Positions 28,690 through 41,958 of a DNA stretch of 64,000 nucleotides are shown here, piece after piece. A program made the position numbers and the translations under genes. The notes under the pieces were generated by a model that worked only from the letters and a program-made list of their open reading frames with translations, made no database searches and was not told the DNA's origin. Origin of the DNA: Selaginella moellendorffii (lineage: Eukaryota > Plantae > Lycopodiophyta); contig NW_003314261.1 in assembly GCF_000143415.4 (NCBI RefSeq), forward strand, positions 4,924,360 through 4,988,359, given 5' to 3'. Position 1 is the first letter of the stretch. Each line of letters begins with the position of its first letter.

Positions 28690-29825
28690 GAGCACTCTGC
28701 GGAAGAAGCGTGTAACCAGTGCCAATTCCTGCTGCAGAGACTATATATCTAAAAACACATTGATAGGCAAATGATGAGGCAAACGTGAAGACTAAAAGGA
28801 AAGAGCTCCAAGAGACAACTGTGAGAAACTTAACACAAATGCCTTCAAGTTGTTGAAGCCCGGGACCTGAATGGCACGAGTCTGCTAATCCATAGTGTGT
28901 CAGAAGTGTGAAAGCTAGCTGCATTGAACATTATTCCCTCAAGCACACAACACATCATTTTCAGAGATAAATGGACGAATAAAGAAGAAAACTTACATTG
29001 ATCTTTGGCCGTGATGAAGGTTTTACAGTTTTTCTCTTATCTCTAGTTGGACCATAACCTTCTGTAGCATCTATGGACTAGCCCCCAGCAATGGCAGCTT
29101 GCTCCTCTCGAATTTGTGCCAGATGTTTTCAATCCAAATTTGCTAGGATACCATGGAAAAGAATTTCTTGCTAGCTTTTAGCTTTGATGTTAAGTGAAGT
29201 TTCACATCTTGCAATCATTGGTGATGATTGATCATTATTTGAGATAGTTGATTATCTTTGTTAGAGATCTTGTTTGGTTATTATTGGTGATGGATGATTT
29301 GTTGTTCTTTATGATTATAGATTATTTCTCAATAGTGATTATACCTCATTTCACTGAAGCCTTGCTCTTTTTAGAGAGTGGTGTTGCATGTATGTGACCA
29401 AATATTTGATTCTTCTCAAAAACACACCTACTAATTTATAGTTTTCCTTGTTGTATGCCTTGATCTTGGCCTCTGTCTCAACAACATTGGCATCAATATT
29501 GTTGAATCCCACTGGCTCTGGCCCCAAAGCTTCATCATGCTAGATTGGCTCACAAATCCAGACCCAGCAATCTCAGCGCATTGCAAACTACAAGTAAGTT
29601 TTTCTTTGCTTTTGTGTTGATCTTTTTGCTTATTTTTTCTTCATGGAAATGATGCCAAGATTATTGCGAGCTGGCAGATGAGGTTTGATCTTCTGAACAA
29701 GAGTTTTGCACCACCTAGCTTTAGCTCATGTAGATTTTTGATTGCTTTGGCAGATTGTGTGGCTTTTCAAGCTAAGTCTCTATGGCCAACTTAATTGTGG
29801 TCTAGAAGATAGCATTAGGTACACT
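28690..29825. repeat. Dispersed mosaic repeat, copy A (CASP-like and MAT1-like fragments), CpG-depleted
   Basis: Colinear with 51920-53030, with an extra AT-rich insert at ~29190-29350. Confidence 0.9.
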
Positions 29826-31267
29826 GTAAATATTAATAGCTTTCAATTAAAATTATATTGATCATTGATGATTTTTATTGCTTTTGTTATAAAGCGAGTT
29901 GAGTCTTGATATGGAAGATGGATTTATAAAGGATCGATTTAGTGATCACTTGTTAAGAATAATATTGTTATGTTTAGCTTTTGGATTGATGCAAATATAC
30001 TATTCACTAGTGAATTTTAGCTTATGGATGTGTCAAGAATAATATTTTGGATTGTACCATGCTTTTTTTTTTAGCATTGAAGTTAGTCATAGATTCGTGA
30101 TCATTGTTATATAAAATTTAGTTATAAACTGCTTTAATTTTTTTCTTCTTTGAGTTCTCATGTTTATTGTTCCATTTGATATGAGTTATTGGGGAAAGCA
30201 TTTTAGCTCATTACACCTTTATTAATAGGTTGATTGACAATATTCTGTGATGTTCTTTGGTAGGCTTTTATGTTATCACATATTCTTTATGGTTCGTTCT
30301 AAATTGGTCTTTTGGGTTTAAGATATTAATAAGATGTTACTGATGCTTGCTTGAATAAAATGATTCCCTTAGTATTGTTGATTGAGATCTATTTAAATTG
30401 GCTAGTGTGATAGTTAACATGTATAAGTGTTTTTTAGCCCTTAGGCATTCATTTTGTTATCTTGGTTATTACTTAAGTTGGTTCTAGGTGATATATTTAT
30501 GAGCATTTTACTTGTCCAATTGATGATATTTTGTGTTCTTTGAGTTGTCTTTTGTAAATTATCTTATCCCAATAAGAAGTTTCTATCTCATTATGTCTTA
30601 TATTAGCTAGTGATAAAAACCTTTATATTTTAAGCTATAGTCCCTCAATATCATTATATAATAACTTACCTTATCTACCAAGACACCTTTGCTATTATGC
30701 CCTATATGTTGGTCCTATTCAGTCTTATTGATTATTTATAAGAAGTGTTTAGATTTGCTAATGAAGCATATTTATATTTATTTATTCGCTAGAATGTAAA
30801 GATTGTTCTAAATACAATGGTGTTCTCGCATCTAGATTCACAATTTAGCACTATTCAAATGGATAGACAAATGGGGTAGTTTGGTGAAATGTTCAAGAGC
30901 CGACTTTAGCTCTCTGTGAGACACAAAATCCCTAGGCCCCAAAGTGGAGCCGGAAGGGTGCCATGTGGTAGTGGCCGAAGCAAAAACCAAATGAGCATAA
31001 CATGTTTGGACTAAAAGCCCCGACTTGAAAGGTCGAGAACGGGAGTGAAACTCCTAACGAAGTGCTCAAGGAACAAGCACGGAGCAAGCAATAAGTGAGT
31101 CTCTAGAAAAGGGACACAAGAGGACCAACACATGACACGTGGAAGTGTCTGAGATGGACCCGAAATGGACCCGAGATGGAGTCCGAGATGGAGTCCAAGA
31201 AGGACCCAAGATGGAGTCCGAAGTCGAGATCAAGACTGAGACCGAGACTGGGACCGAGCCCAAGCCC

Positions 31268-31327
31268 GAGTCCGAGTCCGAGTCCGAGTCCGAGTCCGAG
31301 TCCGAGTCCGAGTTCGAGTTCGAGTCT
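31268..31327. repeat. Hexamer microsatellite (GAGTCC)n
   Basis: About 10 units including GAGTTC/GAGTCT variants, preceded by degenerate 6/12-mer repeats from ~31150. Confidence 0.95.
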
Positions 31328-32860
31328 GAGAGGGTGAAAGCCCAAAGCGTTCGTCTCCCAGACCCTAGGGGGTTTGGTGAGCTCCAAAAGTATAGTAAGG
31401 GGGAGGACTTTAGTGGAGCCAGTTTGGCCCAGGAAGGCTGTACCCAGGTGTTGGGTGATAGGATAACCACTGGGAAGTCCAAGGCTAGAGTGAATACGGA
31501 CTGACAAATGGGGTAGCTTAGTAAAGTATTCAAAAGCTGGCTTTAATTCCCCCGGGAGATTGGATGATCGATGCTCCCAATCCAAGCGTGGGTGGCACTA
31601 CCTACTTGGATACCTGGTGTGGCTCAATGGAACTTTGCTCTAAGCCCATGGCTAAAGCACCCGAAGGCAGAAGGCAAGGAGAGTACCCATGAGGCCAGTG
31701 TAGGGCCACGATGTTCCAAAATATTATCCCAAAGTCTTAGACTATGGAAAGGAAGAGGAGTAGCTCTCTAGTGTGGTGACCAAGGACATAGTCGCACGGT
31801 GAGGAAGTCCCAAAGGACTGTGGGATTTAATGGTTGGGCCTATGGGCCTTGATTTAGTGGCAGTGTTAGCAAACATGGCCATGGACAGAAAGGGATTTGG
31901 TGGGGACCGGAAAGGAGATATTGGGGAAGGCTATTCCCCATGTCTATGGGCATCCTAAGGATGCTAAAGAGTGGATTTGGGATGACCACTCATGGACGGA
32001 TGGCCCAGTCTTGGAAAGACAGGATTGCACTGTAGGTGGTGTTGGACCACTGGTGTGACCAAGGTGAATGGGCATGGCCTAGCGTAATGGGTTGATATGT
32101 CGGTGGTACCTTAGGGTGTCGGTCATAGGATTGGACACGTGGAGCACTTGGACCAAGTGCAAAGGTTGAGTGGCATGGATGCCATCCTCGGGGTTGGCAA
32201 GCCCCAAGTCATGAATTGGACTTATGGAGGTGGTGAATAAGACTCCTCCTAGTGGTCGGAGAGGTGGTTAAATGACTAAAGTAAAATGGAAAAATGAGTC
32301 ACTTACACTCCTTTGGGAGATCGAATGGTTGATGCTCCCAATCCAAGTGTGGGTGGCACTACTTACTTAGATATTTAGCATGGCTCAATGGAACCTCACT
32401 CTAGCCCTATAGATAGAGCACCCAAAGGCGGAAGGTGGGGAGAGTACCCATGAGGCTTGTGTAGGGCCATGGTGTTTCGAAATGTTGTCCTAAAGTCCTA
32501 GACTATGGAAAGGAAGAGGAGCAGTCCTTTGGTGTAGTGACCAAGGACATAGCCACATAGTGAGGAAGTCCCAGAGGATAGTGGGACTTAGTGGTTAGGC
32601 ATATGGGCTTTGACCTAGTGATAGTGTTGGCAGATACAGCCATGGACGGAAAAAGACTTGGTGGGGACCAAAAATGGGATATTGGGGAAGGCTGTTCCCC
32701 ATGTCTATGGGCATCCTAATAATGCTAAGGAGTGGATCTGGCATGATCACTTATGGACGGATGGCTCAATCTTTGAGAGATGGTATTGTGATGTAGTTGG
32801 TGTTGGATCACCAATGTGACAAAGGTGAATAGGAATGGCCTTAGCGTAATGGGTTGATAT

Positions 32861-35780
32861 CAGTGTGTAACAAAGTCTGAGGCTCCTTTGTACCCCGTTG
32901 GTACCATTTCAAAATTGCCGGTACAAAACAAAGTTACAAGGATATACGCCAGTGCAAAAAATCTCATATAAGGCTAGATCCGGTACATTTGGATGTTATA
33001 AGGAATCCTGCCGGTACATTCACCTACCTTTTGAGGATTAGGGTTTCATGGTTAATTATGTTTAATTAATTCTAATTAACAAGATTAAATAAATAATCAT
33101 CAATCTTAGTTAACACTAACTAAACATAGTTACACTAAGTAAACCATGTCATTAATCTAAGGTTAGAATATTCTTTCACAATGTTCACGTGGGCTCTAAG
33201 GTTAGAATATTCTTTCACAATGTTCACGTGGGCGTGGGCGTGGGCGTGAACATAGATTTTGGTGGGGAGATCATCTGGGAAATGGGGAGGGTGCCTGCAG
33301 GTAGGAGCAAGGCTGCTGCAAAAGCCATTGCTCAATCAAAGCAATCTTTGTTAAGTTTTGCCCCCATTGTGGAGAGAGGAGGTTTTGTAGATGAGGACAA
33401 CCTGGAGGGGACTGAGCCTGAGGAGGGATGTGAAGTGGGAGAAGGTGATGCTGCATCAGTAGAGGAGAAGGAGAAGAAAATTCGTAGGGGGAAGTGGCAA
33501 CCTGCATGGGTCATAAAATGGCGGTGGTTGCATTTTGATCAGAAAAATGGTAATAATTTTCTTGATTTTTCATCTAATCCTACTTGCATTACAGCACTGA
33601 TCTTCTGCTCAATATGCCGTGCCAACAAGAATTGCAAGAATCCATTTGGTACATCAGGTTCCACCAACATGAAGACTTCAAGTTTCCATGCTCATGGGCA
33701 AACAAAAGATCACAAGCATTCCATTTACATAGCTGAGGTGAAAGCTGGCGGTCAATCCTCCATGGCAGCTGCAAATGATCGGCAACAAGAGGCAGCAAAG
33801 AAGGGAGTTATTTGCTTGTTTAGGACTGCTTATGCTATTGCACAAGGTTTTGTTCCTCTTCGCAAATACCCATTGCTTCTGGAGCTACAACAGTTGAATG
33901 GAGTTTATGTTCCTAGCATGTACAAGAACGTGATGGCCTGCTCACGCTTCATCACTTTCATCAACAAGGTGAGCTAAAGTCTGATGATAAACCTTGATTA
34001 AATTTTGTTGTGTAGGTGCTCTTAGATCAAATTTTGGAGAAAGTTAAAGCTAGCCCATTCTTTGGAATAATGCTAGATGAGAGCACGGATATAAGGTAAA
34101 GTTGATTAGTGATATTCTTGGTTCTAAATTTGTTAATGCAGTACCAGTAAACACCTCATCTTTTACGTGACCTACATCCACAACGCAAGGGTGTTGACAA
34201 GCTATTTAGGCATGTCAATGGTGAACAATAGTTCTGCAGAGGTGATTTTTAACACCACCATAGCTTCACTGCAGGATTGGGGGCTGGATATGAGCAGGTT
34301 CGTGGGGTTTGGTTCAGACGGCTGCAATGTTACGACAGGAAACAGGACAGGGGTTGCAGCAAGGTTGAAGGAGGTCAATCCATTCATGACCTCCACACAT
34401 TGTCTTTCACACAAAGCTAACTTAAGTGTGGAGGACGTCTACAAGAATCCAGCAGTTCATAATCTTTGCGATGAAGTGGATCAAGTGGTGAACAAGGTAG
34501 CCAGTTTTTTCTCAAGGAGTTCTAGCAGGTTGCAGCAGCTACAGGCACTACAGGACGAGCTAAACTTCAAGGTGCTGAAGGTGTTGCGAATCCAGCAGAC
34601 ACGTTGGTTGAGCAAGGGTGGAGCCATTACCAAGATGTGTGAGTGTCTGGAACCACTACTCAAGTTTTTTAAGGACAGGAGAACAACTCAAACAAGGAAG
34701 CTGTATGACCGTCTCAGGAGTTTCAAGTTCCTTTATGCACTCCACTTTCTAGGAGATATCTTGGCATTGGTAAATCAGCTGAACCTGGAGTTTCAAGCAC
34801 AGACTATGGACGTGACTAGTGTTGCACCTTTATGCAAGGCAACTATGGCCAAGATACAAGTATACTATTTGGATAAGCAGGTGGATTTGAATGGTTTTCA
34901 GTTGGATAACAGAGGATATCCTATAATCCCAGATGGTGGATGCCGCAATGGTCCTTTGGATGAGCTCAGGTCATCAGTTAAGGGAAACGAATACAGAGAC
35001 GTGGAAATGATCAGGTCGATTCACGGAGAAGATTTGGAGGAGGTACTAGAGTTTCAAAAGAACTTTGGCACTAGTCTTTTGGAGGGTATAAGGACTAGGT
35101 TACAGGACTCTGAGGCGATTGGTATTCTCTCCAAGTTCCACTTTTTAGCTCCTATCAACTTACCTTCATCAGTGCGTGAGTTGAAAGCTTTTGGTAAGTT
35201 TGAGGTTCAGGAACTTGGAAAGTTCTACACAGGGATGATCAATGAAGCAGAGCTGGCTGAAGAGTACAGTTTATGGAAGATAATAGCTTCCGAGGAGTGG
35301 AAGGGGAAAACTTTTGTGGATGTTTGGGGAATGATTTATGCTCACAGTATCTAGACGAAGAAGTATCCCAACTTGCTGAAGTTGGAAATGGTCGGCATGG
35401 TTCAATGCTGCAACACTGCATCATGTGAGCGTGGGTTTAGTAGAATCAACTTGGTGAAGAATAAGTTTCGAAACCAGATGGGGACGGAGATGGTTGACGA
35501 GCTTGTGAGGATCTCCATTGAGGGTCCGCCAATAGCTGAGTTTGATTTCGAAACAGTGGTGCAAGCATGGAAGGAAGGTGCAACTTATAGGCATATTTAT
35601 ACAAGCTAAAGTGATGGTTTGTAGATGTTTAACTTCCTTATAGTTTTCATATATTAAGGAATTTATCCGAATGAGATTTCCTCTTTTAAGGATTATGGCG
35701 GTACAAAAAAAATATATCCTATTCATTTTAAGTATTCAAGGATTTTTTCCAGTACACTAAAAATACTTTGTTACACACTG
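32861..35780 (+). mobile_element. hAT DNA transposon, structurally complete (2920 bp)
   Basis: Perfect 16-bp TIRs CAGTGTGTAACAAAGT (32861-32876 and 35765-35780), perfect 8-bp TSD GTTGATAT (32853-32860 and 35781-35788), and subterminal CCGGTACA-like repeats. Confidence 0.98.
33282..35609 (+). pseudogene. hAT transposase (ZNF862-like), spliced, with one visible in-frame stop
   Basis: TTF-like zinc finger CSIC..H..H, MLDESTD, SDG, HCLSH, TRWLS and dimerisation motif CERGFS. TAG at 35352-35354. Confidence 0.9.
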
Positions 35781-36094
35781 GTTGATATGTTTATGGTACC
35801 TTTGGGTGTCGGTCATGGGATCGGACATATAGAGCACTTGGACTAACTGCAAATGTTGAGTGGCATGGATGTCATTCTCGAGGCTAGCAAACCCCAAGTC
35901 CAGAATAGAACTTATGGAAGTTGTGAGTAAGATTCCTCTAAATGGTCAGAGGTGTGGTTAAGTGACTAAAGTAGAATGGAAAATTTAGTCGCTTACAATT
36001 TGGTATCAGAGTTGTTCTTTAGTTTGACTTTTATTGGTGGTCAAATATATCACCACTTGTCTTGGCATTGAAAGGTCCCAGGAATGGGCTTATC

Positions 36095-36548
36095 TGTAAG
36101 CGACTAATTTTTCCATTCTAATTTAGTCACTTAACCACACCTCTGACCACTTGGAGGAGTCTTGTTCACAATGTCCATAAGTCCAATTCAGGACTTGGGG
36201 CTTGCCAACCCCAAGGATGGCATCCATGCCACTCAACCTCTGCATTTGGTCCAAGTGCTCCACGTGATTGATTCCATGATCGACACCCCAAGGTACCACC
36301 AACATATTAGCCTGCTACACTAAGGCCATGCCATTCACTTTGGTCACCCCGGTGGTCTAACACCACCTACATTGCAATTCCGTCTCTCAAAGACTAAGCC
36401 ATCCGTCCATGAGTGATCATCCCAGATCCACTCCTTAGCATCCTTAGGATGCCCACAGACATGGGGAATAGCCTTCCCCAATATCTCCTTTCCGGTCCCC
36501 ACCAAATCCCTTTCTGTCCATGGCCATGTTTGCTAACACTGCCACTGA
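36095..36548 (-). repeat. Inverted partial copy of the same LTR family
   Basis: Reverse complement of the LTR 3' end (starts TGTAAGCGACTAA). It has no hAT insertion. Confidence 0.9.
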
Positions 36549-36549
36549 C

Positions 36550-37420
36550 AACATGATTCAATTCTGGAAGCTGCCCGTGCAGGAAAAAGTGAAAGTCACC
36601 TCATGGTTGGTAGCTAATAATGGGCTCCCGGTTGGACAACACTTCTAGGATGATGCGAGTCGCAAGTGTAGGGAGTGTGGTAAAATTGAGATGGTCATGC
36701 ATGCATTGTGGGAGTGCAATACTGCAAAGGAGGTGTGGTGCCAAATCATCAAGGCAGGGAAGGAGCTGGGAGTTACACAGGATTTTGAGGCTTGCAATGG
36801 GGATGTGCTCCACTGGTTCGAGGGAGCGAGGGGTCCTGCCCAGGGCCCAGCCCTGTGACACATCAGGTGCAGAGGACGACATGGCTGGGGGACTCAGATT
36901 TGCTGGGATGCGACAGGGGCGGAGATAGGAGTCCCCGTGTGGGAGGCTCTCAGCCATGGTCGATGGGTGGTGTGGCATGTGACGGGAGTCCAGGCCCTTT
37001 GGGAAGCACATAATCGGGCTCATTTTGACAGGACACAGGTCAAGGTATCACGATCCCACTCTCTGCAAGCCATCTTTGAGCTCGTCGAAAGTGATCGCTC
37101 CACTATTATCAGCGTCCATCATTTTGAACATCTCTTTCGAGTAATGGCAGAGTGGTGGAGACTCATACTTGCGGCAGTATGGCTTCACCACGCTATCCAG
37201 GGGGAAGCGAGAGAGGCTCGAGGAATGGCAGAAAGCATGGCTGCCATGTTTCGGTGAAGGCGACCACAAAGAGGTTCATTAGAGATGGCAGCCCCCGAAG
37301 TCAATTTGGCGGTCAGCATGAAGGGGGGGCTTGGATTTGGATGCAATATGACGGAGGCGATTGCAGCTGCTTCTACTTCAAGTCTAGTATCACTTTGGAT
37401 GAGGGAGCTCTCCTCTAGGT
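36550..37420 (+). mobile_element. LINE 3' fragment (zf-RVT region)
   Basis: FWKLPVQEKVKVTSWLVANNGLPV...CRECGKIE..MHALWEC..AKEVW and LWEAHNRAHFD. Confidence 0.7.
37048..37142 (-). pseudogene. Calcium-dependent protein kinase EF-hand fragment
   Basis: [29 protein letters not shown] is the first EF-hand of the CDPK calmodulin-like domain. Confidence 0.85.
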
Positions 37421-37509
37421 AGCATGAGCTTCGGGCAGTATGCCCGGTTTTTGTATTAGTCCATACGGGACATTGGGGAATGTACATACATGTTTCACCG
37501 AATGTCTTT

Positions 37510-40230
37510 TGACGATTCAAGGAATTCTCAACCATCTTTTGTTCCAAGTTATGAATCTTGGTCACATGGAAGTTGTTTTTGGGAGGGAATGGTTTTATGA
37601 TAGAAAGCCAAGGATCAATTAAGAGTGTAATATTTTATGTATAAAAGTTGGTGGTGTTATGAAAGAGGTTGTTAGAATAGACAATAATGAAACTCTATTG
37701 ATTAATACTTTAGAGTTGCTAAAGTGCACATATGAAATAATTAGTTATTTCATAGTGTACCCATTTCTTTCTAATATGATCATATTTAATTTAGAGTACG
37801 TTCATGGTATGGGGCTTATATGAAGCATATTCAAGAGGAGTTCCATAACATATTTATGAATAAGTTGCCTAATGGTTCACCCTCAAAACATTAAGATTGA
37901 TTTGGTTCTTGAAGGTACTCCTTATCATTGACAGTCGACTCATAGTAGTTCTATTGAAAATAAGGAGATCAATAAGCAACTCCCCATATACCTTTAGAAA
38001 AGGTGGTTATAGATAAGCAAATCTCTTTATGCTATTCTAGTGGTGATTGTCAAGAAGAAAGATGGTATATAGCATGTTTGCATGAATTACAAGGGATTGA
38101 ACAATAAAACAGTGAAGAATATATTCCCAATTCTTCGTATCAATGATTTGCTAGATCTTTGTAGTGCTCAATATTTTACAAAGATTTATTTGAGGCAAGA
38201 GTATTATCAAATTTGTGTCAAGTCAAAAGATGTTTCAAAGACTACATTCTAAATGAGGATGGGTCACTACAAGTTTTTGGTGATGCTATTTGGTTTTACA
38301 AATGCTCCTGCAATTTTTCAAAGGTTGATAAATCAAGTTTTACAACCTTATTTTGAGAAGTTCATGATCAATTACTTTGATGATATCTTAGTGTTCAACT
38401 CTACAGTAGAGGAACATAAGATGTATATGTGAAGTGTTTTGCAATTTTTGAAGGACAACAAGCTTTAATAAAAGTTGTCCAAAAGCAAGTTTTTCTTAGA
38501 GGAGATTAAATATCTCAAGCATTTAATTTTAGTGTATGGTGTGAGAGTTGATCCCACAAAGATTCAAGTCATGGTTAATTGGCTTATATCTTCAATAGTG
38601 TATGATCTCTATAGTTTCTTTGGTATGGTTGGAATTTTTCAATGATTTATGAACAACTTCTCAGAGATAGTTGCTTCCTTGATAGATCTTCTCTAGAACA
38701 CATCAAAACATGCTACTATTCATGGTTGGAATGAGGTGTCAAGTGGTGTTTTAGCAATTGAAGTAACATTATAGTTTTACTCATGTGTTAAAAAAAATTT
38801 ATCTTAAAAAGCCTTTTATGGTCGAGATAAATGTGAGTAACATTATGGTTGTATTGCCTCAAGTTGTGCATCTTCTTGCATATATGAGCTATAAATTTGA
38901 TGAAATTGGCCTACTTGAGATAAAGAGTTATATATCGTGATCACTACTGTGAAGGAATAGTGACAATATTTGTATGGACCAAACTTTCATGTGGATTCAA
39001 ACCATTAATCTCTCTAGTATTTTAATTGTCAAAAGGATTCTTGAAGCTACTTTACTCATTGGCAAGAGTTTTTACAAAAGATATCTATTAAAACCTAATA
39101 CAAGTATAAAGGTGACAATAAGGTAGTTAATGCATTATCTAGGAAAAGGATTCTTGAAGCTATTTTACTCGTTAGCAAGGGTTCTTACAAAAAATATCTA
39201 TTAAGATTCAATACAAATATAGAGGTGACAATAAGGTGGTTAATATATTATTTAGGATAATAAATTTTATCTTATTCGTGAAGCTATCCAACAATCTATT
39301 AGATGAGCTTAAGGAGTTTACTGACTTTGACTCATTTAATTATCATTGATATTGGCATAAAAGTTTTGTCGAAGGATGCCTCTATAAATTTGAAAGGTGA
39401 CAAGTTTGCATCATATGAGGTACAAGATAAAATCCTGGTAAAGAAGGGAAATGTGGTGGTTGTTTGTGTTGACAAACTTATTAAATGGATTTTGGTTAAG
39501 TGTCATGATGTGCTAAGTGTTGGGCATTTAAGGGTACTGAGAACATATGTATTGGTGAAGAGGCATTTCTATTGGCCTAGAATAAAGTTGTAATACATGG
39601 TTGTTTGACCTACCAAGCAATTAAAGTTGACCATTAAAAGTTTACTAGCCTCATTCTCTATGTGTACTTGAAAATAAATGGGATAATATCTTAATGGACT
39701 TTATCATTAATTTGCTTAAAACCTTTAAAGGAAATGATATTATTTAGGCTGTTATGGATCATTTGATGAAGATGATTTACTTCTTTCTAGTGAAAATGAT
39801 AATTAAAGCTTTTGAACTTGCTCAGTTGTTTATAAACTAATTATTCAGTCTTTATAGTTTACTAGGTGATATTATAAGTTATCAGGATCCCAAATTTATG
39901 TTGAAGGTTTTTGAAAAATTAGAGACTAAACTAAGCATGAGTAATAGTGAGCAAACAATTCAATGGGCAAACATAGCAAATAAATCAATTTTTGGTGTTG
40001 AGATCTTTTGTGGAAACTTGATTCAACAAGGAATTTAGGAAAAAGCTTAGCTTTGTTCCAATTTATAGTGCTCAATAATTAGTTATTGGCATGTCTTTAT
40101 TCATGGCGATATATGGTTATAAGCATAGGTATTTTGTGAGTTTGAGTTTGGCTTTGGTTCAAGTGCCTTATGCTTATGATTTTTTGGAAGATATGCAAGA
40201 CAAGCTTGAGTTAACAAAATTAAGCATGCC
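37510..40230 (+). mobile_element. Heavily decayed Ty3/Gypsy pol (RT, RNase H, integrase)
   Basis: VKKKDG, GLNNKTVKN.FP, FGFTNAPAIFQ, YFDDIL, CHD..VGHL..FYWP and MDFI, in Gypsy order, with many stops. Confidence 0.9.
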
Positions 40231-40697
40231 CAAGAACCTAATGTTTTTCCTCACCAAACTAAACACCAAACATCATTAAGCTTGTGTCTATAAGTGGTGT
40301 AGAAGTAACCACTAGCAGATTGGAAGTGAAAAGCCTTAGAGCAGCCCAAGTGCTGGACGGTGAGAGGTTTGTTGCCATGGGCTCGTTTGGGTGGTGCCAT
40401 CTTCCTTCTCCATGTCCCTGTGAACTTGAAATGCCCTGTCTTGGCCAGAAACTTGGGAAGGAGATTTTGGAGGGATCCAATTCCTAGGCCTGGCAAATGC
40501 TGATGTCTAGAAGGGTCTCTTCAAAAATGCCAAACGTTGCTAACTGTGAGACATCCTTGAGCTTGGCTAGGCCCACTCTCACACTCCACTGGGAGAGCCT
40601 GCCACCAATGCCTTCCATTGCTAAAGCATGCGGCATGGGAAACACTGCACATTGATAGTGAAAGTGCTTCCCAATAGACAACGTCATCCTCCAAATA

Positions 40698-41085
40698 TTA
40701 CTTCTTGACAAGAACAAGCAAGACAATATCCACCTCTCCAAAAGGAGATGACACCGTGACCTTGGATGGCATTCGCTCATACATGAGCTCCACCACTTCT
40801 TGGTTGCCAATGTGCTTCTGGATGAAGGGTTTGGACACCGCCTTCCAAAACTTGGTTGCTGTGGCAGCATAGCTGGAAGATTGTGGATCCAGCCAAGGAA
40901 ACTTGAGATTTTCCGAGTGAATGACAGTGAATTGCTGGTCCACTGATCCCAGTGATGACCTGACCTCGTCCCCACTGCGAACATACGTAGGGAAATTGAA
41001 GGTATCCAAGCTTTCCTGGCTCAGAAGCCCCTGGCCACCGTTGACCGAGTCAGCATATGTGTTGACTAAACAGACACAGACACAG

Positions 41086-41142
<57 letters not shown>

Positions 41143-41896
41143 TTTACCTCTTGGATGAGATCCTTCCACACTGATTGTAAGGAGAAATCGTCCTCGTTGA
41201 GCTCGTGGGAGAGTCTTATGGGAAACATCAAGAGGAGGATGCCTCCGGTGACTAATTCTTGGGCCCGGCTATGGAGGAAGATGGAGAGATCGTCGCTGGC
41301 TTGCTGGGCAAAGGCTTCGATTGCCGCGGGTGGCGAGGATCTGGAGACAAACATGCAGTCTCTGTTCCAAGCTGGCGAATTCCTGTCCGTGATCGACTCT
41401 GGAATCTATGCGCAGAGGTTTGAGCCTGTTTAGAGAGGTCGATTGGGCGAGAACTGACCTTGGAGAGGTAATGCAGTGCGTAGTTCGTCATTGCAAAGTG
41501 GATAGAGGAACGAGGAAAGAGCCTGCGATAGAACGACCCGGGAACCCCACTAAAGAAGTATGGCTCACCTTGGGGATGTGGGACTAGAGCGAAGAGAGTG
41601 TTGAAGTCATTGACTGCCAGATCCGAGAAGATGGCCTGGATCTCCAGAGGTTTTCGATCGCCCACTTGCTCTCGCAGCCGGATTATCTCTCGGGCCACGA
41701 AGTCCAAGGCCTGGATCGTGTTGGAGCCGTGGGAACATCCCAAGTCGGCAATTCGAATCACATCCAAGGAGGAATCGAGGAAGAGGGGAGCACTGCTCGC
41801 GATGGCTTGCTCGATTGCGGCGTGGGCGCTGCTGAATCCTTGGGCCTGAAGACCGGAATTGCGATGGTAGCTATCCTTTCCAGAGCCGCCTTCCAT
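40698..41896 (-). CDS. SABATH-family SAM-dependent carboxyl methyltransferase (about 342 aa, 3 exons)
   Basis: Exons 41896-41459, 41405-41148 and 41030-40698 splice in frame. Motifs are MEGGSGKDSY..NS, IADLGCSHGSNT, SDL..NDFNTLF, VPGSFY.RLFP, SPAWN and DTFNFPTY. Confidence 0.95.
41071..41139. repeat. (GA)n microsatellite plus CAGACA repeats in SABATH intron 2
   Basis: Seen directly in the sequence. Confidence 0.98.
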
Positions 41897-41958
41897 CGCT
41901 TGGGGCTAGATTGCCAATTATAGCCGTCAGTTTCTGGATAAGGTAAGAGCAGCCTATG

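Larger units (their letters stand above)
30900..35997 (+). mobile_element. Long LTR (probably Gypsy) with an internal ~760-bp tandem duplication, interrupted by a hAT element
   Basis: Units 31570-32306 and 32331-32860 plus 35789-35997 are homologous. The LTR ends ...CTTACA at 35997 and is followed by PBS TGGTATCAGAG (36001-36011). The 5' boundary is uncertain. Confidence 0.75.

Noticed and set aside
29830-30850. AT-rich tract, possibly a decayed retroelement
   Set aside because: No motif or terminus could be supported.
31066-31585. ORFs with SD, LG or ES repeats
   Set aside because: They are translations of the GAGTCC microsatellite within an LTR.
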